Virus record (IMG/VR): IMGVR_UViG_3300027898_000001
DNA from: a virus
Lineage: Duplodnaviria; Caudoviricetes
DNA: 64,000 bases
Reading direction: 5' to 3' (one strand)
A program made the translations under genes and the position numbers. How positions within the stretch are numbered: the first letter of the stretch is position 1; the number at the start of each line of letters is the position of its first letter. Under the pieces are notes generated by a model that was not told the origin of the DNA, searched no databases, and saw only the letters and a program-made list of their open reading frames with translations. Positions 52,760 to 63,433 of this stretch are shown here, piece after piece.

Positions 52760-55700
52760 ATGGCAGCAGAACAAATAGTCTTTGAGAAACTACAGCCCAG
52801 CATGTTTGAAAATCAACCTATGTGGTTAGATTTCTTCACAGCATTATCAGAAGTTATTCAAGAACAGATTCGTGAACCTATTGGTGAATTGGAAGACATT
52901 CGACACATCGTAGAAACAACTGATCCATTCATCATTGCTAACACTATTAAGCAATTGGGGTTCGACATTCCAGCAGACTTAATTCAAAGTAACATTGACC
53001 GACTGAGTCGTTCTGTGTACATGTTGAGTTTGTTCCACGAAATTAGCGGTACACACGATTTTAAACGCTCTATTGCGTATGTATTAGGTCGTGATGTTGA
53101 AGTTACCAATCTGTTCACAAATGACTACACCAATTTCTATGCAGAGCCGCAAGGTCCGCTATTACAAGATGGTGGTGATTGGTACGGCACTACACATATT
53201 GATCTTGGTATGGAATTATTACCCGATGATCGTGGTCTGATATTACCAATTGGTAAAACACTTGAAGACCGTTTGCTTGCTGCGTATTTTGAATTTGCAC
53301 CTATAAATCAAGTAGTAAACAAGTTTTATTTTATTACAAACATACAAGCTGAATTAGATATGACTGCTGCGGTGTTTGTGAATCCTGTGCATTACAGAAC
53401 TGTTGGTGATGGTGTACATAACGTATTATCTGTCCGTAGTTTAGCTCCAATCTCTGTAGAATCTGAATCTAGCATACCCCTACAGGCTCAGGCTCTGTTT
53501 TCTCAAGTCCCCTGTTATGATGTTAGTACAATTGCTTACGGTACCGCAGCTTCTGTTAAGACTGATGCAGATATAACGGCACTTACTACTGTGACCCATA
53601 CCGCTACACAAAACATCACGCTATCCATACCTGCAGGTCAGTTTGGTTATATTGCGAGCCCTGTTGAATTAGGTAATCTCACGTTCACCGACTCTAATGG
53701 TTTCTCTGGTGGATGGGATGGTGCTACTTGGGTAGATGGTACTGTTGGTGCAACTACTGGTCCAATTGTAGTTAAGCGTCTGATTGACAGTCAATTCAGA
53801 GATTGGAATTTGTACCGTACAGATTTCCCTGCACTAGGTTCTGTTACATACACTGTTACAGTGCAATACAATCGTAAGAGTTCATGTGACGTTGTTGACA
53901 AGACTGTGATATTACCGCCAGCTCCACCACCTACAGTCTGTACTCCAACTTCTGTACCTATATTTCCTATTTATGGTACAGGTTTAGCAGGATACAATTC
54001 AGGCTCTGTTTTAGACTCATTGCAATACGCATTACCTAGTACATCGAATCAACCTTTTACGTTAAACATTGATAACGGTAAATATGGGTACTTTGCATAT
54101 CCTATAGCACTTGGTATGGCATCATTCACAGATAGTAATGGTCTACAAGGTGGTTGGGATGGTGCGGGATGGCCTACAGATGGAAGTATTGGTACTACTA
54201 CAGGTCCTGTAGCTGTAACACGTACGCTACAAGGTAATACAGTATCCTACTATCTTTATCGCACAGATTTCCCCAGCTTAGGTAGCACTACGTTTAACGT
54301 GACGTTTGAACACGCAGGTACAGCACTTTCAATAACAGTTTCCAATTGCCCAACAAATTGTGTTTCTGGTTATCCTGTTATAGCTCAAGGTAATGAAGGT
54401 CTTATCACAGACGCTGGTATTACAGCAGCTATTGTGCAGACATTGACAACTACCGCGAATACTGCAATCACGACAACTCCTACGGATGCTCAGTTTGCGT
54501 ATTTTGTGTATCCAGTTGAACTTGGTCTTGCCACATTCACTGACTCTAATGGTTTTATTGGGGGTTGGGATGGAGCTACTTGGGCAGTAGGTGATATAGG
54601 TAGCACATACGGACCCAAAACTATAAGTAGAACTGTGAACACAGTAACTTCTAACTGGTATGTGTATCGCACTGACTTTGCAGGCATTGATGCTACGTTT
54701 AATGTGGCGTTTACGTCAGGTAATCTATGTGTAGGTTTAAACATCGTTGTTAATCCCGTATCTTGTGTTGTTTCTTCTGCACCTAGATACGGCACTGGAT
54801 TTGAACTAGCTACAGATACACAATTGAACACCTTAACTGCTATATCTGATATGGCACAACACTCTTTCACTATAAATGTACCCGCTGGACAATACGGTTA
54901 CTTTGCGAGTCCTGCGGCTTTGGGTAAAGTTACATTTACTGATACGAATGGTTTTGTAGGTGGCTGGGACGGAGCACGTTGGCCTGTTGATGTTATAGGT
55001 AGCGATGCCGGACCTTCACTTGTAATGCACACAGTTGGTACGAATGATGTACCATGGTATTTATATCGCACAGATTTCCCTGCTCTAGGTTCTGTTACAT
55101 ACACTGTGTCTTACGAAAACAACTTATCAATAGGTACATTAGGTTCTAATTGTCAAATAAGCATTCCACATGCGTCAGATTTTGTAAAAGGTGTTGCACC
55201 TACTTCACCACATTTTCCTGTTTATGGGCTAGGTGTTATCGGAATTCATAACGATAGTGGTATATTGTCGTTGACTTCGCAATTCGTATCAAACGCGAAT
55301 GCTACGTTCACGATAAATGTAACCTCAGGTCATTACGGTTATTTCGCTACTCCAAGTAATCTAGGTATAGCTGAATTTACAAATACGTCCACTAATCTGC
55401 AAGGTGGATGGGATGGAGCTAGTTGGCCTTCAGATGGTAGTATTGGAATTCAGAATGGTCCTATAGCGGTCTTACGTAACATTGGCGGTATTGTGCAAAC
55501 GTGGTATTTATATCGCACTGATTTTCCTGGTATTGGTAACGCTACTTATAAAGTTTCGTTTGGACATGCCGAGGAAAATACAGGTTACACAGTCATTCGT
55601 TTAATAAGTCCAACGTGGTCAACAGATCGACCAGATCTAGTTACATTTGATTTACTAGGTGTAGCACACTTCAACAAAGTTACTGTAGATACTATTGTCC

Positions 55701-58700
55701 ACGTAACAGCGTCGTATCAGGGTGTTAATGATACAGTTGCGATTACGTTAAAGGCAACAGCACCCGCACTATTACACGCTACGCTGACTGGGCCTGATAC
55801 ACTTGTTGGTGGACAAAGTGGTATATTTGGAATGGACGGTTATTACTCAGATGGTTTCTATCGCCCTGTTGTTGGTGCAATATACTCTGTGTTAAATCCA
55901 TACGCTAGATTTACCAACGAAACACTTTCTTCTGATAATCCACCAGTAGATCAAACACTTTATGTACAAGGTAGTTATACGAATGCTGATGGTAGCGTTG
56001 TACAAGCTACAGGCAATACTCTGCTTACTCATGTGAACACTAACTTATATGTTATGGATATGAGTATTGCAGGTCCTGCTACAATCATTGAAGGTACTAC
56101 CGTTCAATACGTTGCAAATGTATTGTATAGCAATGGTACTTCCAAGCCAGAACTAGTGTTGTGGGAAACTTCAACACCAAGTTTATATATAGATCAGCAA
56201 GGTAATGCTACGGCAAACAGACCGAATAACAATTATAGTGCTACAATTACAGCTACGTTCCAATTCAATGGTGCTAAAACTGTATCTACAAAACCTGTAA
56301 ATGTAACTATAGTAACTGTAACACCTAAATCACTTACAATTGCAGGTCCTGTTAGTGTTTCAGAATTATCCGCAGCGCAGTATCAAGCCAGATTAACTTG
56401 GAGCGATAATAGCACTATCTATGTTGCAGCTAGTTGGAGTACAAGCAAGTTTAGTATAGATAACACAGGTTTGTTATCAACAGGTAGTGTTAGTGCAGAT
56501 ACACCGTTGACCATAAATGCAATTGCTAATGGTCTGTCTGCACAAGCCTCTGTAACTGTACACGTAACGCAAGTTACTTTAGAGCATATAACGATCATTG
56601 GACCAGATAACGTATTAGAAGGTGTTAATGCTACTTACCGATGTTTAGCCCACTACAGCACAGGTAAAGATGTTGAAGTTACGGCTACCATGAGTGTAAC
56701 AGGTAACCCCTCGTTTGTTAGTTTAAGCGCTGGTGTGTTGAGTGTATTTGCACCTACAGCAAGTTCAATAGAATTAGTAGCTAGTTATACTGCTGGCCTG
56801 GTTACCTACACTCAGAAAAAGCTTATTGTAGTTATTCCTAAAATAGCGTTGATAAGTGGATTAACAATAGCAGGACCATCAGAGGTATTAGAATCTAAAC
56901 GAATTTCTCTTTCTGCGACTGCGTTATATACGGATGGTACTACACATATCGTGCAACCACAATGGTCTGTTATGTCACCAGATGTTACTAACGACCCAGA
57001 AGCTGCGGCAGACGTTGTATCTCCTGGTGTTTTACAAGGCAGAATCGTTGATAAAGATACCAAAGTTATTGTAGTTGCTACTTACTTTAAAGAAGTGGCG
57101 TATTATCCTATTGTAGTTAAAGATTACACACCTCCTGGTCCTGATGTGCCTATTACGTATCGCATTGATGGTCCTGATCAGATAACAACATCACAAATAG
57201 GTTCTTACACATTGTTATGTAAGTTTCAAAACTGCCCTAGTGTGTTGTCGCTGTCGAACGATTGGGCACTAGATGTAGATAACACAGTAGCTATCATTGA
57301 TAACAATGGATATTTGCGCAGTATAAATCACCAACCAGCTACAGTGGTAGTTAATGCTACGTGGAGCTATAACGGTCATGCTATTCAAGATAAGAAAACA
57401 GTATTAATTGTAGATGATGTTTTCATAAATCAAATACTATTATCAGGACCTAGCACCGTCGATAAGAATAGTACTGCACAGTTTTCTGTAGAAACATTTA
57501 CTAATAAACAAACACTTGTTCAAGGCCAAGGTGCAGTACCCGGTTCTGGTCAAGTTGTGTGGTCTGTTACTGGCAGTTCTTTAGTTACAATAGATCAGAC
57601 TGGTTTGTTAAAAACTGGTGATTTGCAATCGAATGTTACAGTTACAATAAGTGCGGTGTTCAATGATGGTCACCATTCTGCAATCACTGCAACATCTAGT
57701 GTGCTTGTACATGGTGCACCGCCCGCAATCGTATCTGCCAATTTGTTGGGTAGTTTGTCCACACTTGAAGGTGGTGTTTTGCAATTCAGTGTTGAAGTGT
57801 TTCGAGCTGGAATGACTACATTACCAGGAACAGGCTTACCAGTTAATCCGAGTACATTGGTGTTTGCTGTTACATCAGGCAGCATTGATAGTACAGGTAA
57901 GTACACAACACCTAGCAACCTGACAGCCGACGCTACAAGCACGTTGACCATAACTGGTGTTTATGAAAACTATAGTATCAGTATTTCTAAAACAATTACG
58001 GTACAACACAAAGTAGCCATAGCTGCCTTGTTTACAGGACCTTCATCTATTGCAACAGGTGGAACTGGTACGTATTCCGTTGAAGTGTTTTACACAGGCG
58101 AAACTGTAATTGCAGGTCATGGTCGCGTTAACCCCCCTGAAGCTGTGTTTAGTCTTGTCAGTGCACCAAGTGCAATTACATTAGCTAATAGAGTTGTTAC
58201 AGTACCTAGCACGTTCACCTCAGGTGCTTCTTATACTATGCAAGTTGTTGTAGGTACTGTAACTAAAACTATTGCAGTCACCACAACCGCGGTTATGGCG
58301 TTTCAAAAAATAAATGCCCGCGCACTTAGTTTACCTGCAGCTTATAACTTTGGAGTCCAGTCAGGAACAGGATTTAACTATGCTAATGGTTTTACTATAT
58401 ACGATGCAAATAATGTTTTAATTGCTGGGTGTACATCAACAAATCAACAAGCTCCCCTTGTACTTAACCCTAATTTATATTCAGGCACAGGGCTAACGAC
58501 CTATCCTTTGCATATATCTGGAGCAACTGGAGCATCAACCGCAGGAGGAGCTATTAACTATAATGGTTCAGCTGGGAATTTTATTTTATTCTTAAATAAC
58601 TCTAAATTGTACTATACATATTTTGATGGAAGTGCTTGGTTACCTACAACTTATATAGACTTATCATCTTTAGTCTCTCTTACTGCGGGTTACGCGTATA

Positions 58701-59548
58701 GTATACAAAGTTACATTCGACCTTATTACAAGAAAGTTTCTGATGGTACTGAATTTATTTTTATTCAAGTAACGTTGGAGTATGTTAAAACAGGACTGCC
58801 TGTTTTACCGTACTACGGTCTTCGAGTATATAAAATAGTTGGAAATTCACTACAATTTGTTCAAGAAATTTCTTTGCCTACTGATGGTGTTTCTGGAACA
58901 ATAAGCCGTATTTTTGTATTTGATGCGGCTTATTCAAATTTTCCTAATGACATAATGGATTTTTGTTGTAGGTTGCAGTTATCTACTGGCGCATCTTTAT
59001 ATAATAGAGTATCGTATATATATGATGGTTCGTCTTTTACTGAAAGTCTGCCTACGTATAAACCTAACACTTTAGGTTTTTATGGTTGTATGTACTACAG
59101 TATAAATTCTCAAATATATTGCATTTCACAAATGTGTAGCGTTATAACAAATAACACACAGACGCCGGGTCAAATGATATTAAGTTCTGTAGATTCTACA
59201 ACAGGTGAATTGAAAACAGTACAGACTATTGGAACAGCAACACCAGTATCAGGTAATGTTGGCACACAAACACCAGCAGTATCCTATGATAACAAGTATT
59301 GCGCAATACTTGTTAGTTCGACGGCGTCACACATTAGTAGTTATATATCACTGTACTCCATTTCACAAAGTACGGGTCAGTTAACATTTATGCGATACAT
59401 AACATACGCAGATATGGGGCTTCCTGCTATTTCAGGTTCTAGTGTGAATGAAATAAAATTTATGCCAGATAACAAAACACTCGTGTTGAAAATAGATATA
59501 GCACCTACTGCAACTTCAGGAGGCTTTTTCTATATAATCAGTGGCTAA
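52760..59548 (+). CDS. 2262-aa baseplate wedge/fibre protein: gp7/gpI-like N-terminus, five GGWDGA repeats, Ig-like repeats, distinct C-terminal domain
   Basis: LQPSMFENQPMWLDFF...IKQLGF N-terminus; repeated I.GP..v.eg...Y...YS.G Ig-like units; aromatic-rich propeller-like C-terminus. Confidence 0.85.
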   Translation: MAAEQIVFEKLQPSMFENQPMWLDFFTALSEVIQEQIREPIGELEDIRHIVETTDPFIIANTIKQLGFDIPADLIQSNIDRLSRSVYMLSLFHEISGTHDFKRSIAYVLGRDVEVTNLFTNDYTNFYAEPQGPLLQDGGDWYGTTHIDLGMELLPDDRGLILPIGKTLEDRLLAAYFEFAPINQVVNKFYFITNIQAELDMTAAVFVNPVHYRTVGDGVHNVLSVRSLAPISVESESSIPLQAQALFSQVPCYDVSTIAYGTAASVKTDADITALTTVTHTATQNITLSIPAGQFGYIASPVELGNLTFTDSNGFSGGWDGATWVDGTVGATTGPIVVKRLIDSQFRDWNLYRTDFPALGSVTYTVTVQYNRKSSCDVVDKTVILPPAPPPTVCTPTSVPIFPIYGTGLAGYNSGSVLDSLQYALPSTSNQPFTLNIDNGKYGYFAYPIALGMASFTDSNGLQGGWDGAGWPTDGSIGTTTGPVAVTRTLQGNTVSYYLYRTDFPSLGSTTFNVTFEHAGTALSITVSNCPTNCVSGYPVIAQGNEGLITDAGITAAIVQTLTTTANTAITTTPTDAQFAYFVYPVELGLATFTDSNGFIGGWDGATWAVGDIGSTYGPKTISRTVNTVTSNWYVYRTDFAGIDATFNVAFTSGNLCVGLNIVVNPVSCVVSSAPRYGTGFELATDTQLNTLTAISDMAQHSFTINVPAGQYGYFASPAALGKVTFTDTNGFVGGWDGARWPVDVIGSDAGPSLVMHTVGTNDVPWYLYRTDFPALGSVTYTVSYENNLSIGTLGSNCQISIPHASDFVKGVAPTSPHFPVYGLGVIGIHNDSGILSLTSQFVSNANATFTINVTSGHYGYFATPSNLGIAEFTNTSTNLQGGWDGASWPSDGSIGIQNGPIAVLRNIGGIVQTWYLYRTDFPGIGNATYKVSFGHAEENTGYTVIRLISPTWSTDRPDLVTFDLLGVAHFNKVTVDTIVHVTASYQGVNDTVAITLKATAPALLHATLTGPDTLVGGQSGIFGMDGYYSDGFYRPVVGAIYSVLNPYARFTNETLSSDNPPVDQTLYVQGSYTNADGSVVQATGNTLLTHVNTNLYVMDMSIAGPATIIEGTTVQYVANVLYSNGTSKPELVLWETSTPSLYIDQQGNATANRPNNNYSATITATFQFNGAKTVSTKPVNVTIVTVTPKSLTIAGPVSVSELSAAQYQARLTWSDNSTIYVAASWSTSKFSIDNTGLLSTGSVSADTPLTINAIANGLSAQASVTVHVTQVTLEHITIIGPDNVLEGVNATYRCLAHYSTGKDVEVTATMSVTGNPSFVSLSAGVLSVFAPTASSIELVASYTAGLVTYTQKKLIVVIPKIALISGLTIAGPSEVLESKRISLSATALYTDGTTHIVQPQWSVMSPDVTNDPEAAADVVSPGVLQGRIVDKDTKVIVVATYFKEVAYYPIVVKDYTPPGPDVPITYRIDGPDQITTSQIGSYTLLCKFQNCPSVLSLSNDWALDVDNTVAIIDNNGYLRSINHQPATVVVNATWSYNGHAIQDKKTVLIVDDVFINQILLSGPSTVDKNSTAQFSVETFTNKQTLVQGQGAVPGSGQVVWSVTGSSLVTIDQTGLLKTGDLQSNVTVTISAVFNDGHHSAITATSSVLVHGAPPAIVSANLLGSLSTLEGGVLQFSVEVFRAGMTTLPGTGLPVNPSTLVFAVTSGSIDSTGKYTTPSNLTADATSTLTITGVYENYSISISKTITVQHKVAIAALFTGPSSIATGGTGTYSVEVFYTGETVIAGHGRVNPPEAVFSLVSAPSAITLANRVVTVPSTFTSGASYTMQVVVGTVTKTIAVTTTAVMAFQKINARALSLPAAYNFGVQSGTGFNYANGFTIYDANNVLIAGCTSTNQQAPLVLNPNLYSGTGLTTYPLHISGATGASTAGGAINYNGSAGNFILFLNNSKLYYTYFDGSAWLPTTYIDLSSLVSLTAGYAYSIQSYIRPYYKKVSDGTEFIFIQVTLEYVKTGLPVLPYYGLRVYKIVGNSLQFVQEISLPTDGVSGTISRIFVFDAAYSNFPNDIMDFCCRLQLSTGASLYNRVSYIYDGSSFTESLPTYKPNTLGFYGCMYYSINSQIYCISQMCSVITNNTQTPGQMILSSVDSTTGELKTVQTIGTATPVSGNVGTQTPAVSYDNKYCAILVSSTASHISSYISLYSISQSTGQLTFMRYITYADMGLPAISGSSVNEIKFMPDNKTLVLKIDIAPTATSGGFFYIISG
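53500..55560 (+). repeat. five tandem ~110-aa GY..P..lG...FTd.nG..GGWDGA.W...YRTDF units (boundaries approximate)
   Basis: GGWDGA codons near 53708, 54150, 54560, 54959 and 55404. Confidence 0.85.
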
Positions 59549-59557
59549 GATACACTA

Positions 59558-59566
59558 TAATTTAGA
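59558..59566 (+). promoter_or_regulatory. candidate promoter motif TAATTTAGA
   Basis: Intergenic, 31 nt before ATG 59589. Confidence 0.5.
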
Positions 59567-59588
59567 TCAAACCTTTTAGGAGAATGTT

Positions 59589-59813
59589 ATGAAAGTTAAT
59601 TTACCTTCTGGCAGTGGTGTTGTAGTAAATCCACTAGCCCGTCCACCAGTTCAACATCAACAAGAAAGTGTTTCAAGCAATGCTATGATACTTGAAATGC
59701 CAGGTATCTGTCCTAAATGTGGAAAACAAATGGGGATTGCTTATTCTGGTGGTGAACAGACATTTTACTGCCAATCTGATCGCGTTTGCCTTCCACTGCC
59801 TATAGCTGAATAA
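59589..59813 (+). CDS. small zinc-ribbon protein
   Basis: ICPKCGKQM...FYCQSDRVCLP; AGGAG SD. Confidence 0.75.
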   Translation: MKVNLPSGSGVVVNPLARPPVQHQQESVSSNAMILEMPGICPKCGKQMGIAYSGGEQTFYCQSDRVCLPLPIAE

Positions 59814-59825
59814 CAGGAATATACC

Positions 59826-62150
59826 ATGGGTGATAACATCCTACATTTGACAGACTTGGGACTCAAGGCGGCGCTCAATGCGTCTGCCTCTGGTATTTTA
59901 ATTGATGTTGAAAGTTATAAGATTGGTGATAGTGACCTGAATTCATCAGATGCAGATTTAGATATTCATGGTAACATCTTAATTCAAGGCACTATAGGTT
60001 ATGTTGAAGTCATTAGCAACAACGTAGTGCGTTTCACCTTTCGTATAAATCCATCTGCAATAGGCGCAGGTCTTATATGCAAAGAGATTGGTGTATTCTT
60101 ACCGAACAACATTATGTTCGGTCGTTGCGTATTCGACACACCATTGCAATTGATTCAAGGTGAAACGCACGAGCTGAGCGTTCTGTTATCTACAACCAAA
60201 TGTGACGTTGGTGTTATCAATGTAGCGTTTGGTAGTTACAGTAGCATTCCAAGTACACCGTCAGAAGTAACATTAGGGCCACCGGACTCTAGCGACTTTA
60301 ACGTAGTATCTGTGTTGAGTTTGATTGAGAATGCTGATGGTACTACATCTGCAGGTGTAGCGTTGAAATTTGGTGCAGGCTCGTTGCAGTGGGCATTTAG
60401 TGGATATGATCGCATATTCTCAGGCTTACCTAATTCTGGTGCATCTAATTCAGAATTCACAGCAACTGGCCTTTTAGGCTCTGTATCATTCCAGAGCGGT
60501 GAAGTAGTGCTCGTTTATGTTGTATCAGGACCTGCTCGTGGTCAGACTCGTAAATTCTACTTCAATAGTGCGACACAAACCTTTAAATTGAAGTCAGATA
60601 CCGCGTTCTTAAACTTCGATACAACATGTACTGTAGTTGTATGGCGAAAGTTGTCTGGCTCAGGAGGTAGCGTTAATACTTATCCACCTCAGATGACTAA
60701 TATTCCAAATGATTGGGTGTTGACACGCGGCGTTGCTAACTTACCTGTATGGGCACCTCCTAAAAACACAGGTAGTAATCTTAATACGCTGTACATTGCT
60801 CCAGGTAGAATGCGCGTAGCATCATTGAACGATACAGGTAATGGTACACAATCACGTTATTCTTTAGGTAACATCATTGTTAAGAACGTAAACTATTGCT
60901 CACCTGCACTCGGCGGTATTACTCAGCATAAGACAGCGTTTGATATTAGTTCAGCAGAATTAGAATTTTCTGAAAACATTCCAGAGAATACTCCGATTGA
61001 TTTTCGTCTTATTACGAAAGAGCCTGGAACTGGTACGTATGTTGACATAGTTACTAACACATTCACCGGTGATGGAAGTACGCAATCGTTTTCTCTATCA
61101 CAACCCATTGAAAGTTCTCAGTACGTGTGGGCATATATCGAAGGTATTCGTCAAAGCACGACAACTTACAACTATGATCCAAATTCTCAAAGCATTGTGT
61201 TTGTATCACCTATTCCAGATGGTCTGGAATTAGAATGTAGTTTGTTTGTGATGAAGCAAGAAGAAGGTTACTCTACAGAGGTTGTTAGTACGACCACAGT
61301 TACTGTTGGTGATACATTGTTCATCGAATTGCCTGTATCTCCGCAGACAAAGAACCACACATTTGTTTCAGTTAGCGGTACGCATATTCATCGTAAACTG
61401 TACTCGCTTGTTGATAACATGATTGTGTTGTCTTCTGCTGCGCCTGGAAACTTGCAAATAGAAGTAACAATATTCAATAACGTGTTAAGTAATGGTACAC
61501 CACAAACTAATCTTGTTGGTATTGTAAAAGATGCTGTGGTAACACACAAAAATATTAAGCTATTACGCCATGACGCTCCTGATGTTATACTGCCTATTCC
61601 GCAGATAAATTTCATGAGCGGTGCTGGCATGCGCATTGATGGTGTATATCCTAATTACAAGATTAGTAGTACGTTGGCTGAACAGTACACACCTACAACC
61701 GACTTTAAAATAAGTACGCGCAGTAGATTAGAAGATACCAGTGAGATTGTTTATACACAACGTATTACTCTTACTGATAGTATTCGCATGATGATTTGTG
61801 CGGATTTTTCTGCACGTCTTGGGCCCGGATTTGCGTCTGTAGACGGATTAGAAGTTATCCAGTATGTTATAGGCTTTAGAACTACAGGTAACAACGAACC
61901 CGAGTACGGTCGCGATATTAAAGGTACAGGTGTTGCAGGCTTTAGTTCTCTGCAAGGGGTTAGTACGCATGGCGCTACCGCAATAGCTAACGCATCTTTA
62001 ACCCAAGTGTTAGATATTGTTAAGTCAAACGTACCTGCTGGTTATGTTGATATTGTTGTTAAGATGCGTGTACAAAACGCAAACATTGCCCAGTACGGTA
62101 GTCTTTTATTATTAGATATAAATGTGCTCGCCCTTCCTGTGGTGAATTAA
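59826..62150 (+). CDS. baseplate-anchored tail fibre protein
   Basis: LHLTDLGLKAAL...YKIGD...KEIGVF gpH-like anchor; repeated FTGDGSTQSFSL...VWAYIEGIRQ units. Confidence 0.8.
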   Translation: MGDNILHLTDLGLKAALNASASGILIDVESYKIGDSDLNSSDADLDIHGNILIQGTIGYVEVISNNVVRFTFRINPSAIGAGLICKEIGVFLPNNIMFGRCVFDTPLQLIQGETHELSVLLSTTKCDVGVINVAFGSYSSIPSTPSEVTLGPPDSSDFNVVSVLSLIENADGTTSAGVALKFGAGSLQWAFSGYDRIFSGLPNSGASNSEFTATGLLGSVSFQSGEVVLVYVVSGPARGQTRKFYFNSATQTFKLKSDTAFLNFDTTCTVVVWRKLSGSGGSVNTYPPQMTNIPNDWVLTRGVANLPVWAPPKNTGSNLNTLYIAPGRMRVASLNDTGNGTQSRYSLGNIIVKNVNYCSPALGGITQHKTAFDISSAELEFSENIPENTPIDFRLITKEPGTGTYVDIVTNTFTGDGSTQSFSLSQPIESSQYVWAYIEGIRQSTTTYNYDPNSQSIVFVSPIPDGLELECSLFVMKQEEGYSTEVVSTTTVTVGDTLFIELPVSPQTKNHTFVSVSGTHIHRKLYSLVDNMIVLSSAAPGNLQIEVTIFNNVLSNGTPQTNLVGIVKDAVVTHKNIKLLRHDAPDVILPIPQINFMSGAGMRIDGVYPNYKISSTLAEQYTPTTDFKISTRSRLEDTSEIVYTQRITLTDSIRMMICADFSARLGPGFASVDGLEVIQYVIGFRTTGNNEPEYGRDIKGTGVAGFSSLQGVSTHGATAIANASLTQVLDIVKSNVPAGYVDIVVKMRVQNANIAQYGSLLLLDINVLALPVVN

Positions 62151-62151
62151 T

Positions 62152-62670
62152 ATGCACTATTTTTTAATAGTAAACAGTACAGGGTTAGTTACTGGACATT
62201 CTGAAAGCACCATAGTAATAGATGGTGCTATTTATGTTCAAAAATGGTTGTATGATAAAGTTTGTTCAGGTATGTCCGAAGGAACCTTATACCGCCATGT
62301 GTCTGGAGATATTATTATTATAGTATCGAAAGATATTGAAGCTGTTAGAAATAAAACTATTGCTAAGATAAAAGATGAATGTACCAAACGCATTTCTACT
62401 TATACATATACGGGACTGGATATTCCTATAGTATTAAGTAGAGCCGACCTTAGTGATATGTCTTTATGTCTGAGTTTAGAAACACATTACATTACTTTTT
62501 CAAATGTTAAATTGTATTTGGACCAAGTACGTGCTATCCTGCAGTATTACATGTATTACAGGAATAAACAGATTCAAGAAATGCACCACGTTCTTGAATC
62601 TGTTTATAATGCGCTTACAGAAGATGAGATAGAAAAACATTTAGTAAACTTCATTCAAATAGGTGATTAA
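62152..62670 (+). CDS. probable tail fibre assembly chaperone
   Basis: Follows a fibre gene; RNKTIAKIKDECTKRI...DEIE pattern. Confidence 0.6.
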   Translation: MHYFLIVNSTGLVTGHSESTIVIDGAIYVQKWLYDKVCSGMSEGTLYRHVSGDIIIIVSKDIEAVRNKTIAKIKDECTKRISTYTYTGLDIPIVLSRADLSDMSLCLSLETHYITFSNVKLYLDQVRAILQYYMYYRNKQIQEMHHVLESVYNALTEDEIEKHLVNFIQIGD

Positions 62671-62671
62671 T

Positions 62672-63424
62672 ATGCTTACTGGTGTAACAAGCAGTCCGCT
62701 ACTTTCTAACTTATTGGAAGGAAAGAAGCAAACTGTTCCTGTAGGTCAAGTACCATTAACTAACACTGTATCTCAAAATGATCCTAATGTTTATCCAACT
62801 ACATTAGGATCACCTCTAACTGATTTAAGATTGTCAGATTTTGAAGCGATTGGTGCTAATATACAGAATACAACACTACAGCGGGATGATACTACTAATA
62901 AAGTTGCGTTTGCTGATACGTCAACCTCATCTGCTACTAATATAGTGCAAGCCGACTTCAACGATAAATCTGGCACACTATCTATCATTAAAGCTGATGG
63001 TAGTGTTATTACAATTCCACATTTTCTCGTGCAAACAGATTTTGGTGTAGGTCCTACTGGACCCAAAGGTGTACCTGGAAATGACGGTATGCCCGGGAAC
63101 GATGGCTTCAACGGTTTTGATGGTGATACTGGTTGTGCTGGTGCTACCGGTGCTACAGGTCCTGCTGGTGTACCGGGCGCTGCTGGTGCTGATGGTGTAC
63201 AGGGCCCTGCCGGTCAAATAGGTCAACCAGGTCTTGCTGGAATGCAAGGTATTCCCGGCGAACAGGGTAGATATGGGGATGACGGTGCTAGAGGTAGAAA
63301 AGGTCAGAGTTGTACTGCTTCGTTAGGTTCTTCTGGACCTGCAGGCGTATCTCCAGTTGCCGCTGTTGTAGTATCTGCTACTGCACCTACAGACGGTTCA
63401 TTATTGTGGGGCAAGCCTGTCTAA
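62672..63424 (+). CDS. collagen-like (Gly-X-Y) fibre protein
   Basis: AGGTGA SD, ATG 62672; continuous G-X-Y run from about 63044 to 63350. Confidence 0.88.
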   Translation: MLTGVTSSPLLSNLLEGKKQTVPVGQVPLTNTVSQNDPNVYPTTLGSPLTDLRLSDFEAIGANIQNTTLQRDDTTNKVAFADTSTSSATNIVQADFNDKSGTLSIIKADGSVITIPHFLVQTDFGVGPTGPKGVPGNDGMPGNDGFNGFDGDTGCAGATGATGPAGVPGAAGADGVQGPAGQIGQPGLAGMQGIPGEQGRYGDDGARGRKGQSCTASLGSSGPAGVSPVAAVVVSATAPTDGSLLWGKPV

Positions 63425-63433
63425 GAGGTAATT

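Noticed and set aside
59584-59592. ATG-TTA-TGA minigene overlapping the zinc-ribbon start
   Set aside because: The SD is only 1 nt from this ATG but well spaced for ATG 59589
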